A DNA stretch of 64,000 nucleotides from Isoptericola halotolerans (GTDB taxonomy: Bacteria > Actinomycetota > Actinomycetes > Actinomycetales > Cellulomonadaceae): the NCBI RefSeq assembly GCF_013149785.1, contig NZ_JABEZU010000002.1, positions 248,001 through 312,000 on the forward strand. Direction: 5' to 3'. The translations under genes and the position numbers were made by a program. Positions 9,655 to 18,798 of the stretch are shown here, piece by piece; the first letter of the stretch is position 1, and each line of letters begins with the position of its first letter. The notes beneath the pieces were generated by a model. The model was not told where the DNA came from, did no database searches, and saw only the letters and a program-made list of their open reading frames with translations.

Positions 9655-10647
9655 ATGGCTGACGACGTCCAGCACCACCCGACCGAGCCCTCCGCCGTCG
9701 TCGAGGGCGCCACCGTCCTCGAGGAGCGCATCGCCCAGGCCCAGCGGGACGCCACGCTGCTCGCCGACTACCTGGCCCGCCGCGCGCGGGCGGCCTCCGC
9801 GCTCCGCGACGCCGAGCAGGCAGTGGCGCAGGCCCGGTCGCGTCTGTCGTCGGAGTCGGCCGACGTCGACCGGCTCGAGTCCCTGAGCCTCGCCAGGCTG
9901 TGGGCGAGCCTGCGAGGAGACCGGGACGAGCGGCTCGACGCCGAGCGCAGCGAGATGCGCCGAGCAGAGTACGCCGTGGCCGCCGCGCAGAAGCGGCAGG
10001 AGTCGGCCCGGGACGAGCACGGTCGGTCGCAGGAGGCGGTGGCCGCGCTGGGAGACGTGGCGGGACGCCGTGAGCAGGCGCTCGCGGACAAGGAGGCATG
10101 GCTCTGGGAGTCCGGGACCGGTCCCGGCGCCGCGCTGGTCGACATCGCCGAGAGGCGCGGACGGCGTCAGGCCGAGCAGGTCGAGATCGCCGAGGCGCAG
10201 CAGGCGGCGCAGGACGCCGGCCAGGCCCTGGACGCGGCGGCCGGAGAGCTGAGGGGCGCTGATGGCTGGTCCACCTACGACACGTTCTTCGGCGGTGACC
10301 TGCTCGCGAGCATGGCCAAGCACAACCGTCTCGACCGGGCTGCGGAACTGGTGCGCGCTGCCGACGCAGCGCTCGCACACCTCGCCGTCGAGCTTGGTGA
10401 CGTCGGCGAGCGGGGGGTCGGCGAGCTGGGCGTCGAGGGGATGGCTCGCACGTTCGACATCTGGTTCGACAACGTGTTCAGCGACCTGTCCGTCGCACGG
10501 CACATCCGCGACTCGCGTGACCGGGTGGAGGCGGCGCGAGCGGCCGTCGACCACGTCAGGGGCCGGCTCGCGGACCGGCTCAGGGTGGTGCACGAGGACC
10601 TGCTCGAGCTCGAGCGGCTCCGCGAGAGGATCCTGCTGACGTCGTGA
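9655..10647 (+). CDS. uncharacterised helical/coiled-coil protein
   Basis: Ala/Glu/Arg heptad-like helices; WSTYDTFFGG and FDIWFDNVFSD segments; TATGTT-N7-ATG start. Confidence 0.75.
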   Translation: MADDVQHHPTEPSAVVEGATVLEERIAQAQRDATLLADYLARRARAASALRDAEQAVAQARSRLSSESADVDRLESLSLARLWASLRGDRDERLDAERSEMRRAEYAVAAAQKRQESARDEHGRSQEAVAALGDVAGRREQALADKEAWLWESGTGPGAALVDIAERRGRRQAEQVEIAEAQQAAQDAGQALDAAAGELRGADGWSTYDTFFGGDLLASMAKHNRLDRAAELVRAADAALAHLAVELGDVGERGVGELGVEGMARTFDIWFDNVFSDLSVARHIRDSRDRVEAARAAVDHVRGRLADRLRVVHEDLLELERLRERILLTS

Positions 10648-10651
10648 TCCC

Positions 10652-11068
10652 TCAGGGCCCGACGTCGAACATCCACGGGACGCCGTGGCGGTCGGTGAGC
10701 TGGCCGTAGTGGTCGCCCCACGGCGCCGGCTCGAACGGCAGGACGTCGGTGGCGCCGTCGAGCAGGACCTCGATCGCCCGGCGGACGTCCTCCAGGTCCT
10801 CCGGCCCGCCGGTCAGCGCGACGGTCACGCCGCCGGACGGTGCGGCGTACGGCATGGACGACGGCGTGTCCGCGGCCATGAGGGTGAGCCCGCCGGGGGT
10901 GTCCAGCTGGCCGTGCATGACGAGGTGTGCCTCGGCCTCGTCGTCGACCATCCCGGGGAAGTCGCCGAACGTCGTGATCTCGAGGTTCCCGCCCAGCGCG
11001 GACCGGTAGAGCTCCAGCGCCTCGCGCGCCTCGGTGCGGAAGCTGAGGTAGGGAGTGAGACGAGTCAC
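10652..11068 (-). CDS. VOC/PhnB family protein
   Basis: LTPYLSF..AREA, VMHGQL, APWGDHYGQLTDRHGVPWM. Confidence 0.88.
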   Translation of the reverse strand: MTRLTPYLSFRTEAREALELYRSALGGNLEITTFGDFPGMVDDEAEAHLVMHGQLDTPGGLTLMAADTPSSMPYAAPSGGVTVALTGGPEDLEDVRRAIEVLLDGATDVLPFEPAPWGDHYGQLTDRHGVPWMFDVGP

Positions 11069-11159
11069 GATGACCTCCTGGAGGGCGGCTGGCCGCCGTC
11101 GTCGGCGCCCGGCTCCATCGTGGCGCTCGTGAGCGTGGCTCGCGCGCCGTGGCGGCGGT

Positions 11160-12398
11160 CTACGCCGGGGGGACGGGAGCGACCTGGCCGAGGAAGTCGC
11201 GCAGGAGAGGGCCCGTCTGGTCGTGCTCGATCAGGAAACCGTCGTGCCCGAAGTCCGACGTGACGATGCGCAGCGGCTCGGCGTGCGGGAGGCCCGCGGC
11301 GATCCGCTCGGCCTGCGCGGGCGGGAAGAGACGGTCGCTGTCGACGGCCACGACGAGCGCCCGGGCCGTGATCTGAGCCAGGGCCGACCCGACCCCCCCA
11401 CGGTCACGGCCGAGGTCGTGCGTCATCATCGTCTCGGTCAGCCGGAGGTAGGAGTTGGCGTCGAACCGGCGCGCGAGCTTGTCACCGTGGTGGTCGAGGT
11501 AGGACTGCACGGCGAACCGGCCGTCGTCGAACGGGTCCTCGCCTCCTTGCGGCAGCCGCCCGAACCGCTCGTCGAGCTCACGTGCGGTGCGGTAGGTCGT
11601 GTGCGCGATCTGGCGGGCGATCGCCAGCCCGGCGTGCGGCCCCTCGCCGTCGGGGGCGTCGTAGTAGTCGCCGCCGTTCCAGCGTGGGTCGGCGCGGATG
11701 GCGCCGAGCTGCGGGTGGGCCCAGGCGATCTGGTCGCCGGAGGACTGGGCGGCGGTGGCGATGGCGGCGATGGAGCGGACCTCGATGCCCGACTCCGGGC
11801 CGAGGACCGACCACTCCAGCACGCGCATGCCGCCCATGGAGGCGCCGACCACGGACGCCCACGACCGGATGCCGAGCAGCCGCGACAGCTCGACCTCCAC
11901 GGCGACCTGGTCGCGGGTGGTGATGCGGGGGAAGCGTCCACCCCAGGGTCGTCCGTCCGGGGCCGTGGACGACGGTCCTGTGGTGCCCTGGCAACCGCCG
12001 AGGACGTTCGGGACGACGACGAAGTACCGGTCGGTGTCGATCGGCGCCCCGGGGCCGATCATCGGCTCCCACCAGCCCGCGGTGAGCTGTCCGGGACCGG
12101 CCGGGCCGCGGACGTGGGCGTCGCCGGTGAGCGCGTGCAGCACCAGGACGGCGTTGGAGCGGTCCGGGGCCAGCTCCCCGTGGGTCTCGTACGCGACCCG
12201 GACGTCGGGCAGGCGGCCGCCGGCCTCCAGGTCGAAGGTGCCGACGTCGGCGAACTTCCGCTCCCCGGCCGGGTCGCCGTCACGCCAGGCTCCCGACGCC
12301 GGGACGGGGGCGTCGGGGAGGTTGCGGGTGGCGCGGTGGTGCAGGGTGCTCCGCTCGTGCCCCGCGGCGCTGCGGGTGCTGCTGGTCGTCGAGGTCAT
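11160..12398 (-). CDS. metX: homoserine O-acetyltransferase
   Basis: HALTGD, NVLGGCQGTTGP, GASMGG, DSDRLFP, GHDGFL; AGGAGA RBS. Confidence 0.93.
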   Translation of the reverse strand: MTSTTSSTRSAAGHERSTLHHRATRNLPDAPVPASGAWRDGDPAGERKFADVGTFDLEAGGRLPDVRVAYETHGELAPDRSNAVLVLHALTGDAHVRGPAGPGQLTAGWWEPMIGPGAPIDTDRYFVVVPNVLGGCQGTTGPSSTAPDGRPWGGRFPRITTRDQVAVEVELSRLLGIRSWASVVGASMGGMRVLEWSVLGPESGIEVRSIAAIATAAQSSGDQIAWAHPQLGAIRADPRWNGGDYYDAPDGEGPHAGLAIARQIAHTTYRTARELDERFGRLPQGGEDPFDDGRFAVQSYLDHHGDKLARRFDANSYLRLTETMMTHDLGRDRGGVGSALAQITARALVVAVDSDRLFPPAQAERIAAGLPHAEPLRIVTSDFGHDGFLIEHDQTGPLLRDFLGQVAPVPPA

Positions 12399-12487
12399 CG
12401 TCTCTCCTGGCTGCTGTCGGCGGCGGTCGGGCGCGCACGCGGCGTGCGGCTGCCCGGTGGCCGCAGGCAGACGACGGTGCGTGACGG

Positions 12488-12511
12488 TCAGCTGCGCATT
12501 CGACGAGTCAT
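12488..12511 (-). other. putative leaderless uORF/leader peptide MTRRMRS* upstream of metX
   Basis: Minus strand reads TACCGT-N7-ATG ACT CGT CGA ATG CGC AGC TGA, ending 89 nt before the metX start. Confidence 0.5.
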
Positions 12512-12554
12512 GCGTTCGACGGTAGCCCCCGTCGGAGACCCTGCCCACCGGATC

Positions 12555-12920
12555 TCACGATGCGGGACCATATTCTGAGACGGGAGTCTCGGCGTGCGGC
12601 GCGATGAAGCGCTCGGACCACCGGCCGAGCAGCACGGCGATCGAGGCGAGCTCGTGGCCCGCCTCGGTCAGCTCGTACGTCACGCGCGGCGGCACCTCGG
12701 GATAGACGGTACGCACCACGATCCCGTCGGTCTCCAGCGAGCGGAGCTGTCGCGTGAGCGTCTTGGCCGAGACGGGGCCGACGGCGCGCTGCAGCTCCCC
12801 GAAACGCAGCGGCCCCGCGCTCAGCTTCCAGACGGCGGTCAGCTTCCAGTCGCCGCCCGCCACCGCGACGCCCACCTCGATCGGGCACACCTCCAGGGCT
12901 CGTCGTACGGCCTCGCGCAT
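12555..12920 (-). CDS. HxlR family winged-helix regulator
   Basis: CPIE..GGDWK..LRFGELQR..VSAKTLTRQLRSLE.DG..YPEVPPRVTYELT. Confidence 0.9.
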   Translation of the reverse strand: MREAVRRALEVCPIEVGVAVAGGDWKLTAVWKLSAGPLRFGELQRAVGPVSAKTLTRQLRSLETDGIVVRTVYPEVPPRVTYELTEAGHELASIAVLLGRWSERFIAPHAETPVSEYGPAS

Positions 12921-13004
12921 CGAACTCTCACTTTCCCTCAGGTCCCTTGGTGACAGAAATGACGGTACTACCGCCAGCGGGTCGTTCTGCCTACGGTCGG
13001 AAGC

Positions 13005-13766
13005 ATGCACGCACTCATCGTCTCCGGCGCCCCCTCGTCCGTCGCTCTGACCGCTGACCTCACCCACACGGCCGAGGCGACCCTGCGCGACCAGGGCCAC
13101 GACGTCGACGTCCTGGATCTCGTCCGGCTCGGCTGGCACCCCGCGGTGCGCCCCGGCGACTACGGGATCGAGGACTTCACCGCCCCGGTCGGTGCCCACG
13201 CCGTCGCTGCCGCGAGATCCGGCACCCTGGACGCCGAGGTCCGGCGGCACCAGGAGCTCCTGCGCCGGGCGGACCTCCTCGTGCTCGTCTTCCCCCTGTG
13301 GTGGGCGGGGATGCCGGCGATCCTCAAGGGCTGGGTCGACCGGGTCCTCACCCAGGGGTTCGCCTACGGGCTGCGCGACGCGGACGGCAACCCGCGCAAG
13401 TACGGTGACGGCGCCTTCACCGGCAAGCGAGGACTCGTCGTCACGACGGCGGGCGACCGGGCGGAGGCCTTCGGCCCCCGTGGCGTCAACGGCCACATCG
13501 AGGACCTGCTGTTCCCGATCAACCACGGGATCTTCTGGTACACGGGCATCGAACCCCTGCCGCCCCTGACGCTGCTCGGTGTGGACTCACCGGTCTGGGC
13601 CGGTGTCGAGGATGCCCGCGCCCAGGTGCGCAAGCGGTTCGAGAACATCGACACCGACGAACCGCTGCCGTACCGGCGGCTGCTCGACGACTACGACGGG
13701 CGGCGCCGGCTGCTCGACGAGCACGCACCGGGCCGCAGCGACCTGGCGATCCACCGCCGGCCCTGA
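13005..13766 (+). CDS. NAD(P)H-dependent quinone oxidoreductase (flavodoxin-2 family)
   Basis: FPLWWAGMPAILKGWVDRV; divergent from the HxlR gene. Confidence 0.9.
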   Translation: MHALIVSGAPSSVALTADLTHTAEATLRDQGHDVDVLDLVRLGWHPAVRPGDYGIEDFTAPVGAHAVAAARSGTLDAEVRRHQELLRRADLLVLVFPLWWAGMPAILKGWVDRVLTQGFAYGLRDADGNPRKYGDGAFTGKRGLVVTTAGDRAEAFGPRGVNGHIEDLLFPINHGIFWYTGIEPLPPLTLLGVDSPVWAGVEDARAQVRKRFENIDTDEPLPYRRLLDDYDGRRRLLDEHAPGRSDLAIHRRP

Positions 13767-13784
13767 CGGTCGGGTGGCGGGGGC

Positions 13785-13808
13785 CCGATGGGGTGAAGTA
13801 CCCATCGG
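13785..13808. promoter_or_regulatory. palindrome CCGATGGG-N8-CCCATCGG, putative operator of the WXG100 cassette
   Basis: Perfect 8-bp inverted repeat, 19 nt upstream of a TACGAT -10 at 13828-13833. Confidence 0.5.
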
Positions 13809-13884
13809 TGCGTGGGCAGTCCGGCGCTACGATCTGCAAGGCCGCCCGGCCGGACGAGCTCGGGCCACCGCCTCGGAGGGTGCG

Positions 13885-14802
13885 ATGGGTGAGATGTACG
13901 GCGCAGACGTCGAGCAGCTGCGCGCGCTGTCGCAGCGGCTGAGCGAGAGCAGCGCGGAGCTCGAGAGCGCCGCGGGCCTCATCTCTCAGCTCGTCGAGAC
14001 GGTGCCGTGGTACGGGCCGAGCGCCGAGATGTTCCGGGACGAGTGGGCCTGGTCGTACGAGCCGTCCCTGCGTTCTGCCGCGCACGGGCTGACGGACGCC
14101 TCGCAGAAGGCGGCGCGCAACGCCGACGATCAGGAAGCCACGAGCAACAGCTACGACGGGTCGGGTGTCGGCAGCGAACCTGGCGGGCCCGGCACGGGCA
14201 CCGGGGGCACCGGGCCCGGGGCGGACGGCGGCGGGGCGGACGGCGGCGACAGCACGGGGCCCGACCTCTTCCCGGACTGGCTGACCGACGTCCAGAACGG
14301 TGCCACGTGGACGGGCCTCGCGGCGGACCTCGGCGAGGGCGCGCTCCGGGCGAACGTCGACGACTGGGCGCAGCTCGGAGGCTACGGCCGTGGCCTCAGC
14401 GGGCTGGCGACCGGACTTGCCGGCCTGGGTGCAGGACTGGGGGCCTATCAGACGATCACCGGGATCGCGGACGGCAACGGATGGCAGGTCGCCGACGGGC
14501 TGGTGAACACCGGGCTCGGGGTGGCCGGGTTGCTGGTCACCGCGGCGACACCGGCCGGCTGGGTGGTGCTCGGGGCGGGGGCTGTCTGGGCAGGGTCCAG
14601 CCTGCTGGCGAGCCACCTGGGCTATGACCACACGAGCGAGATGTTCGTGGACGCCGGTCGGTGGGTCGGCAATACTGTCGCGGACGGTGCGGGCGCGGTC
14701 TGGGACGGCGTCGAGAACGCGGCAGGAGCCGTGGCCGACGCCGGCGCCGCCCTCGCTGACGGGGCGAGCAGCGTTGTCAGCTCGATCAAGGGCTGGTTCT
14801 GA
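13885..14802 (+). CDS. WXG100-domain protein with Gly-rich hydrophobic C-terminus (putative type VII secretion effector)
   Basis: MYGADVEQLR..WYGPSAEMFRDEW..L..A..NADDQE helical hairpin with central WxG; GGAGG RBS. Confidence 0.8.
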   Translation: MGEMYGADVEQLRALSQRLSESSAELESAAGLISQLVETVPWYGPSAEMFRDEWAWSYEPSLRSAAHGLTDASQKAARNADDQEATSNSYDGSGVGSEPGGPGTGTGGTGPGADGGGADGGDSTGPDLFPDWLTDVQNGATWTGLAADLGEGALRANVDDWAQLGGYGRGLSGLATGLAGLGAGLGAYQTITGIADGNGWQVADGLVNTGLGVAGLLVTAATPAGWVVLGAGAVWAGSSLLASHLGYDHTSEMFVDAGRWVGNTVADGAGAVWDGVENAAGAVADAGAALADGASSVVSSIKGWF

Positions 14803-14848
14803 CCGCCGTGCCCGCTCGGTACATGACTTCTAGTGGACGGAGACCACG

Positions 14849-15493
14849 ATGACCAGCACGACCGACGGGGTCCCCGCGGACAAGCAGGACCTGCTGATCG
14901 AGCTGACGGGGTTCGAGCTGTTGTCGCTCCTGGCCGTCTCTACCGAGGATGCAGCGCGGCGCACGCGCGAGCACCTGCACCTTCCGGAGGTCGCCTCCGA
15001 CTCGCCCCTCCTCACGGCGGGGGTGAGCTCGTTGCTGGTCCGCGGGCTCTGCACGATGGAGTCGGGCACCCTGCGCCCTCAGAGCAGGCTCGACGCGTTG
15101 GTGACCGTGCTGACCCGGGCGAACCAGTGGCTGGAAGCGGCAGGAATCGCGGACCGGACCACCGGGTCCGCGCTCCTGGTCGGGTCCGAGCTCGGTGGCG
15201 CCCTCCTGGAGCCGCGCCCCTACTCGATCTGGCACGCCTGGCCCATGCCGCCCTCACCCGACCTGCCCACGGCCGGGGCGCGGTTCGTGCGGTCCCAGTT
15301 CGAGAACAACACCGGACGTCCGTTCGCGGGGAGCCTCAAGCTCACCACGGCGTCCGGTTCGCGCATCTCTGCCGTCCACGTGGACACGGCCGGGCGGTGG
15401 GAGCTGGCGTCGGGCCCGGGGGACACGGTGCCCGAGGCCGTGGGCGTCGGTGCGGACCCGTCGTTCCGGGTCCTCGCCGAGGCGCTGGCATGA
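14849..15493 (+). CDS. hypothetical soluble protein, possibly an EspG-like chaperone
   Basis: Directly downstream of the WXG100 gene; ELT..EL..L..L.LP..AG..SL..RGL pattern. Confidence 0.6.
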   Translation: MTSTTDGVPADKQDLLIELTGFELLSLLAVSTEDAARRTREHLHLPEVASDSPLLTAGVSSLLVRGLCTMESGTLRPQSRLDALVTVLTRANQWLEAAGIADRTTGSALLVGSELGGALLEPRPYSIWHAWPMPPSPDLPTAGARFVRSQFENNTGRPFAGSLKLTTASGSRISAVHVDTAGRWELASGPGDTVPEAVGVGADPSFRVLAEALA

Positions 15494-15777
15494 CCACTCC
15501 GTCGCCGGGTCCGTTCGACGACCAGGGCGACCCCGTCCGGGCGCGACGCTTCGCTCGGATGTGGACCTGGCTCGCCCTCGGCCAGCTGGGGCTGGCGGTG
15601 ATCGTCTCGTTCGCCTGGTGGAGCGCCCAGGTCAACGGCCTCACCGGAGGCCCGGCGGCGAGCTTCCGTGCGGGGCAGGTCTTTCCCTGGTACGTCGTGG
15701 CCCCTGTCGGGGCTGTCGGCCTGTACTCGGCCGTGCGAGCGGTGCGCACCTGGGCACGCTACCGCTCGCTGAGATAG
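15490..15777 (+). CDS. small two-helix membrane protein (candidate immunity protein)
   Basis: ATGA overlap with the upstream stop; two hydrophobic spans in 95 aa. Confidence 0.65.
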   Translation: MTTPSPGPFDDQGDPVRARRFARMWTWLALGQLGLAVIVSFAWWSAQVNGLTGGPAASFRAGQVFPWYVVAPVGAVGLYSAVRAVRTWARYRSLR

Positions 15778-15809
15778 GCCGTGGCGGCCCGTCAGGGCCG
15801 CAGCAGCAC

Positions 15810-16529
15810 CTACCGACGGGGCTCCCACCGGAACATCCGCTGCGCGACCACGACGGAGACCGCGACCCATCCCAGGGTCGGCCCGAGCAGCAGCAGCGAG
15901 TCGGTGAGGGGGGCCCCACCGTTCCAGGCGTTCACGACGAGCTCGGTCGCCGCGCCTCCGGGCAGGACCCGCTTGAGCATCGTCAGGCTCTCCGTCCCCG
16001 TGATGCCGACCCAGGTCGCGACCGCGATCACGCCGAGGCTCAGGGGCAGGGCGGTGATCTGGGCGTGCTCGGGCGAGTTCGTGACGCCCGCCGTCGCGAT
16101 CCCGAGGGCGAGCATCATGGCGAAGATGGCGACGGCCGCCGCGACGAGCAGCACGGCGTCGGACGGCCCGCCGCCGACCGCCGCGAACACGCCGAGGATC
16201 AGCCCGATCTGGACCACGGCGATGATGCTGACCGGCAGCACCAGCCCGGCGAGGACGGAGACGTCGGACGCCGCCGTCGAGCGCAGCCGCTTGAGGAACA
16301 GGGTCTGACGCCGGGCCGCCAGGGTGGTCACCGTCGTCGCGTAGAGGCTGAACGCGGCGATGGTGAAGACGAGCACGGCGGCCACGTATCCGAGGCTGCC
16401 GATCCTGGTGAAGGTGTCGCGGTAGCTGATGAAGAACGCGGCGACCGCCACGGGCATGAGAAGGCTGGTGACGAGCACGGCCCGGTTGCGGAAGAGCTGG
16501 ACCAGCTCGTTCTGGGCGATGGGAAGCAT
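15810..16529 (-). CDS. ABC-2 type exporter permease
   Basis: About six TM spans, LKRLRST, C-terminal FRWEPRR. Confidence 0.88.
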   Translation of the reverse strand: MLPIAQNELVQLFRNRAVLVTSLLMPVAVAAFFISYRDTFTRIGSLGYVAAVLVFTIAAFSLYATTVTTLAARRQTLFLKRLRSTAASDVSVLAGLVLPVSIIAVVQIGLILGVFAAVGGGPSDAVLLVAAAVAIFAMMLALGIATAGVTNSPEHAQITALPLSLGVIAVATWVGITGTESLTMLKRVLPGGAATELVVNAWNGGAPLTDSLLLLGPTLGWVAVSVVVAQRMFRWEPRR

Positions 16530-16549
16530 GACGATCTCCTGTCGGGTGG

Positions 16550-17446
16550 TCAGGAAGCGGTGGAGTCGGCGCCGATGGCGCGGAAGACGTCGTCCAGGCG
16601 GGTCGGTGCCGCGGACAGGCCGTCCAGCTCGATGCCGTGGGTGTGTGCCCAGTCGAGGAGCTGCTTGAGGTCCTGCTGGAGCTCGAACGTCTCGATGGCG
16701 TAGGTGCCGTCACCCTGTGCGACGGATGCGGCAGGTGGGGTGGGTGCGCCGGGCGGCAGGGAGAACCGGATCCCGGCCGGCAGCGACCGGGTGAGCTCGC
16801 TCACCGTGCCCTGGTGGCGGAACGTGCCCTGGTGCATCAGCCCGACGCGGTCGGCGCGCTGCTGCGCCTCCTCGAGGTAGTGGGTGGTCAGGACGACGGT
16901 CGTGCCGTCCTCGCGCAGCCGGTGCACGACCTCCCAGAGGGCGTCCCGGGACTGGATGTCCAGGCCGGTGGTGGGTTCGTCGAGGAAGAGCAGCTCGGGG
17001 CTGCCGTACACCGCGGTCGCGAAGTCGAGCCGGCGCTTCTCGCCGCCGGACAGCTGGCCGACGCGGGTGTCGGCCTTGTGGGCGAGGTCGACGAGGTCCA
17101 GCACGCGGTCCACGGAGTCCTCGCGGCCCGAGAGGCGACCGACGAGCCGGGTCGACTCCGCCGCGGTCAGGTCGGGCGCGAAGCCGCTCTCCTGCAGCAT
17201 GATCCCGACCCGCGGGCGGACCGCCGCGCGGTCGCCGGGATCCGAGCCCAGCACCCGGACGGTGCCCGCGGTGGCCTTCCGGTGCCCTTCGACGACCTCG
17301 AGGGTCGACGTCTTGCCCGCACCGTTGGTGCCGAGGAGCGCGTAGAGCTCGCCTCGCTCGATCTGGAACGACAGGCCCTTCACGGCCCGGAAGTCCCCGT
17401 ACGTGACGTCGAGACCGTCGACGTCGATGACAGTGTTCGTTGACAT
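16550..17446 (-). CDS. ABC exporter ATP-binding protein
   Basis: GTNGAGKTS, LSGGEKRR, LDEPTTGLD, TTHYLEEA. Confidence 0.92.
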   Translation of the reverse strand: MSTNTVIDVDGLDVTYGDFRAVKGLSFQIERGELYALLGTNGAGKTSTLEVVEGHRKATAGTVRVLGSDPGDRAAVRPRVGIMLQESGFAPDLTAAESTRLVGRLSGREDSVDRVLDLVDLAHKADTRVGQLSGGEKRRLDFATAVYGSPELLFLDEPTTGLDIQSRDALWEVVHRLREDGTTVVLTTHYLEEAQQRADRVGLMHQGTFRHQGTVSELTRSLPAGIRFSLPPGAPTPPAASVAQGDGTYAIETFELQQDLKQLLDWAHTHGIELDGLSAAPTRLDDVFRAIGADSTAS

Positions 17447-17527
17447 GGCCCCATAGAACCTCCGGGGGCCGCCGCCGCCCAGTGCCCGGACGTCAGGTCC
17501 GGGCAGGACGAACGTCCACGCCGCGGT

Positions 17528-17542
17528 GTGACACCGTGTCAC
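17528..17542. promoter_or_regulatory. palindrome GTGACAC-C-GTGTCAC, putative response-regulator site
   Basis: Perfect 7-bp inverted repeat between the divergent ABC and two-component operons. Confidence 0.5.
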
Positions 17543-17607
17543 TGGTCGTCGCCGCGCGTCGGGCAGATACTGACCGGGACGACCCTCGACCCCCGGAGCC
17601 GCCGACC

Positions 17608-18798
17608 ATGGAGCCACGACCTGCCGCTCCGCGTGGCGCCACGGGAGCATGGCAGACGTCGGCGGCGTCCCGCGCCTCGCGGCGCAGGTTCCGGCGTCTC
17701 AACCTGACGGTGATGCTGCCGCTGTTCGCCACCGTCGGGAGCCTGCTGGTGGCGAGGCAGGCGCAGACCTGGGGCCAGGTGCTGGTCCTGGTGCTCGGCT
17801 TGCTGGCCGCCCTGGTCGCGTTCGAGCGCTGGACGGTCGGCGACCTCGCCCGGGTGGCGATCCCCTGCCTGGCCGTCTCGGCGGCGGTGTGGCCCTACGG
17901 CGTCCTGATGATCGACGGCGGTATCCAGGCCTCCTACTACTCGCTGGCCATCGTGGGCAGTCTCGTCGTGCCGGAGCTGCCACGGCACCGCGTCGTCGCG
18001 GCGGTCGGCCTCGCCGTGTACGTCGCCGGGGTCGGTGCCTGGGGCGTGGCTGCCGCCGGGGCGTTCGAGGCGAGCAACCTGGTCGCCTACGTCATCGTCC
18101 CGACCGGCCTCACCGTGGTGGTGGTCTCCCTCCGGTTCCCGAACAAGGGCTTCTACGACGTGATGACGGAGCTCGAGGAAGCGCGGGAGCGGGAGGCCGA
18201 CCTCGCCGTCGTCCGCGAGCGGATGCGTTTCGCGAGCGACCTGCACGACATCCAGGGGCACACGCTGCACGTGGTGAAGCTGAAGATCGCCCTGGCCCAG
18301 AAGCTCCTCGCCACGGACACCGAGCGTGCCGCCCAGGAGCTGCGGGAGACGTACGACCTGGTCGGCGACACGATCACCCAGGCCAAAGAGCTCGCCTACG
18401 GCCGGCGGAGACCGAACCTCTCGGCCGAGCTGGAGAACGCGCGGAACCTGCTCGAGGCCGCCGGGATCCATGTCCGCGTCGACTATCCGGCCGGCACCGA
18501 CGCCCAGCCCGGGGACCTGGTCGCCCAGGTGCTGCGGGAGACCACGACCAACGTCCTGCGCCACTCACGTGCCACGCTCGTGCACGTCGCGGTCACCGAC
18601 CACGGCATCACGGTCGTCAACGACGGCGTCGCGGTGCAGGAGCCGCCGGTGCTGCGAGGACTCGAGCTGCTCGCGCGCCGGGTCGCGGACAGCGGGGGAG
18701 TGCTGACCGCCGAGCAGGCCGGTGACCGGTTCCGGACGGCGGTCGACTTCTCCGCCCGGTACGCCGGGGCCGACCGGACGGAGGGCGGCGAAGGATGA
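17608..18798 (+). CDS. HisKA_3 (DesK-like) membrane sensor kinase
   Basis: ERMRFASDLHDIQGHTL, RETTTNVLRHS; start uncertain. Confidence 0.88.
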   Translation: MEPRPAAPRGATGAWQTSAASRASRRRFRRLNLTVMLPLFATVGSLLVARQAQTWGQVLVLVLGLLAALVAFERWTVGDLARVAIPCLAVSAAVWPYGVLMIDGGIQASYYSLAIVGSLVVPELPRHRVVAAVGLAVYVAGVGAWGVAAAGAFEASNLVAYVIVPTGLTVVVVSLRFPNKGFYDVMTELEEAREREADLAVVRERMRFASDLHDIQGHTLHVVKLKIALAQKLLATDTERAAQELRETYDLVGDTITQAKELAYGRRRPNLSAELENARNLLEAAGIHVRVDYPAGTDAQPGDLVAQVLRETTTNVLRHSRATLVHVAVTDHGITVVNDGVAVQEPPVLRGLELLARRVADSGGVLTAEQAGDRFRTAVDFSARYAGADRTEGGEG

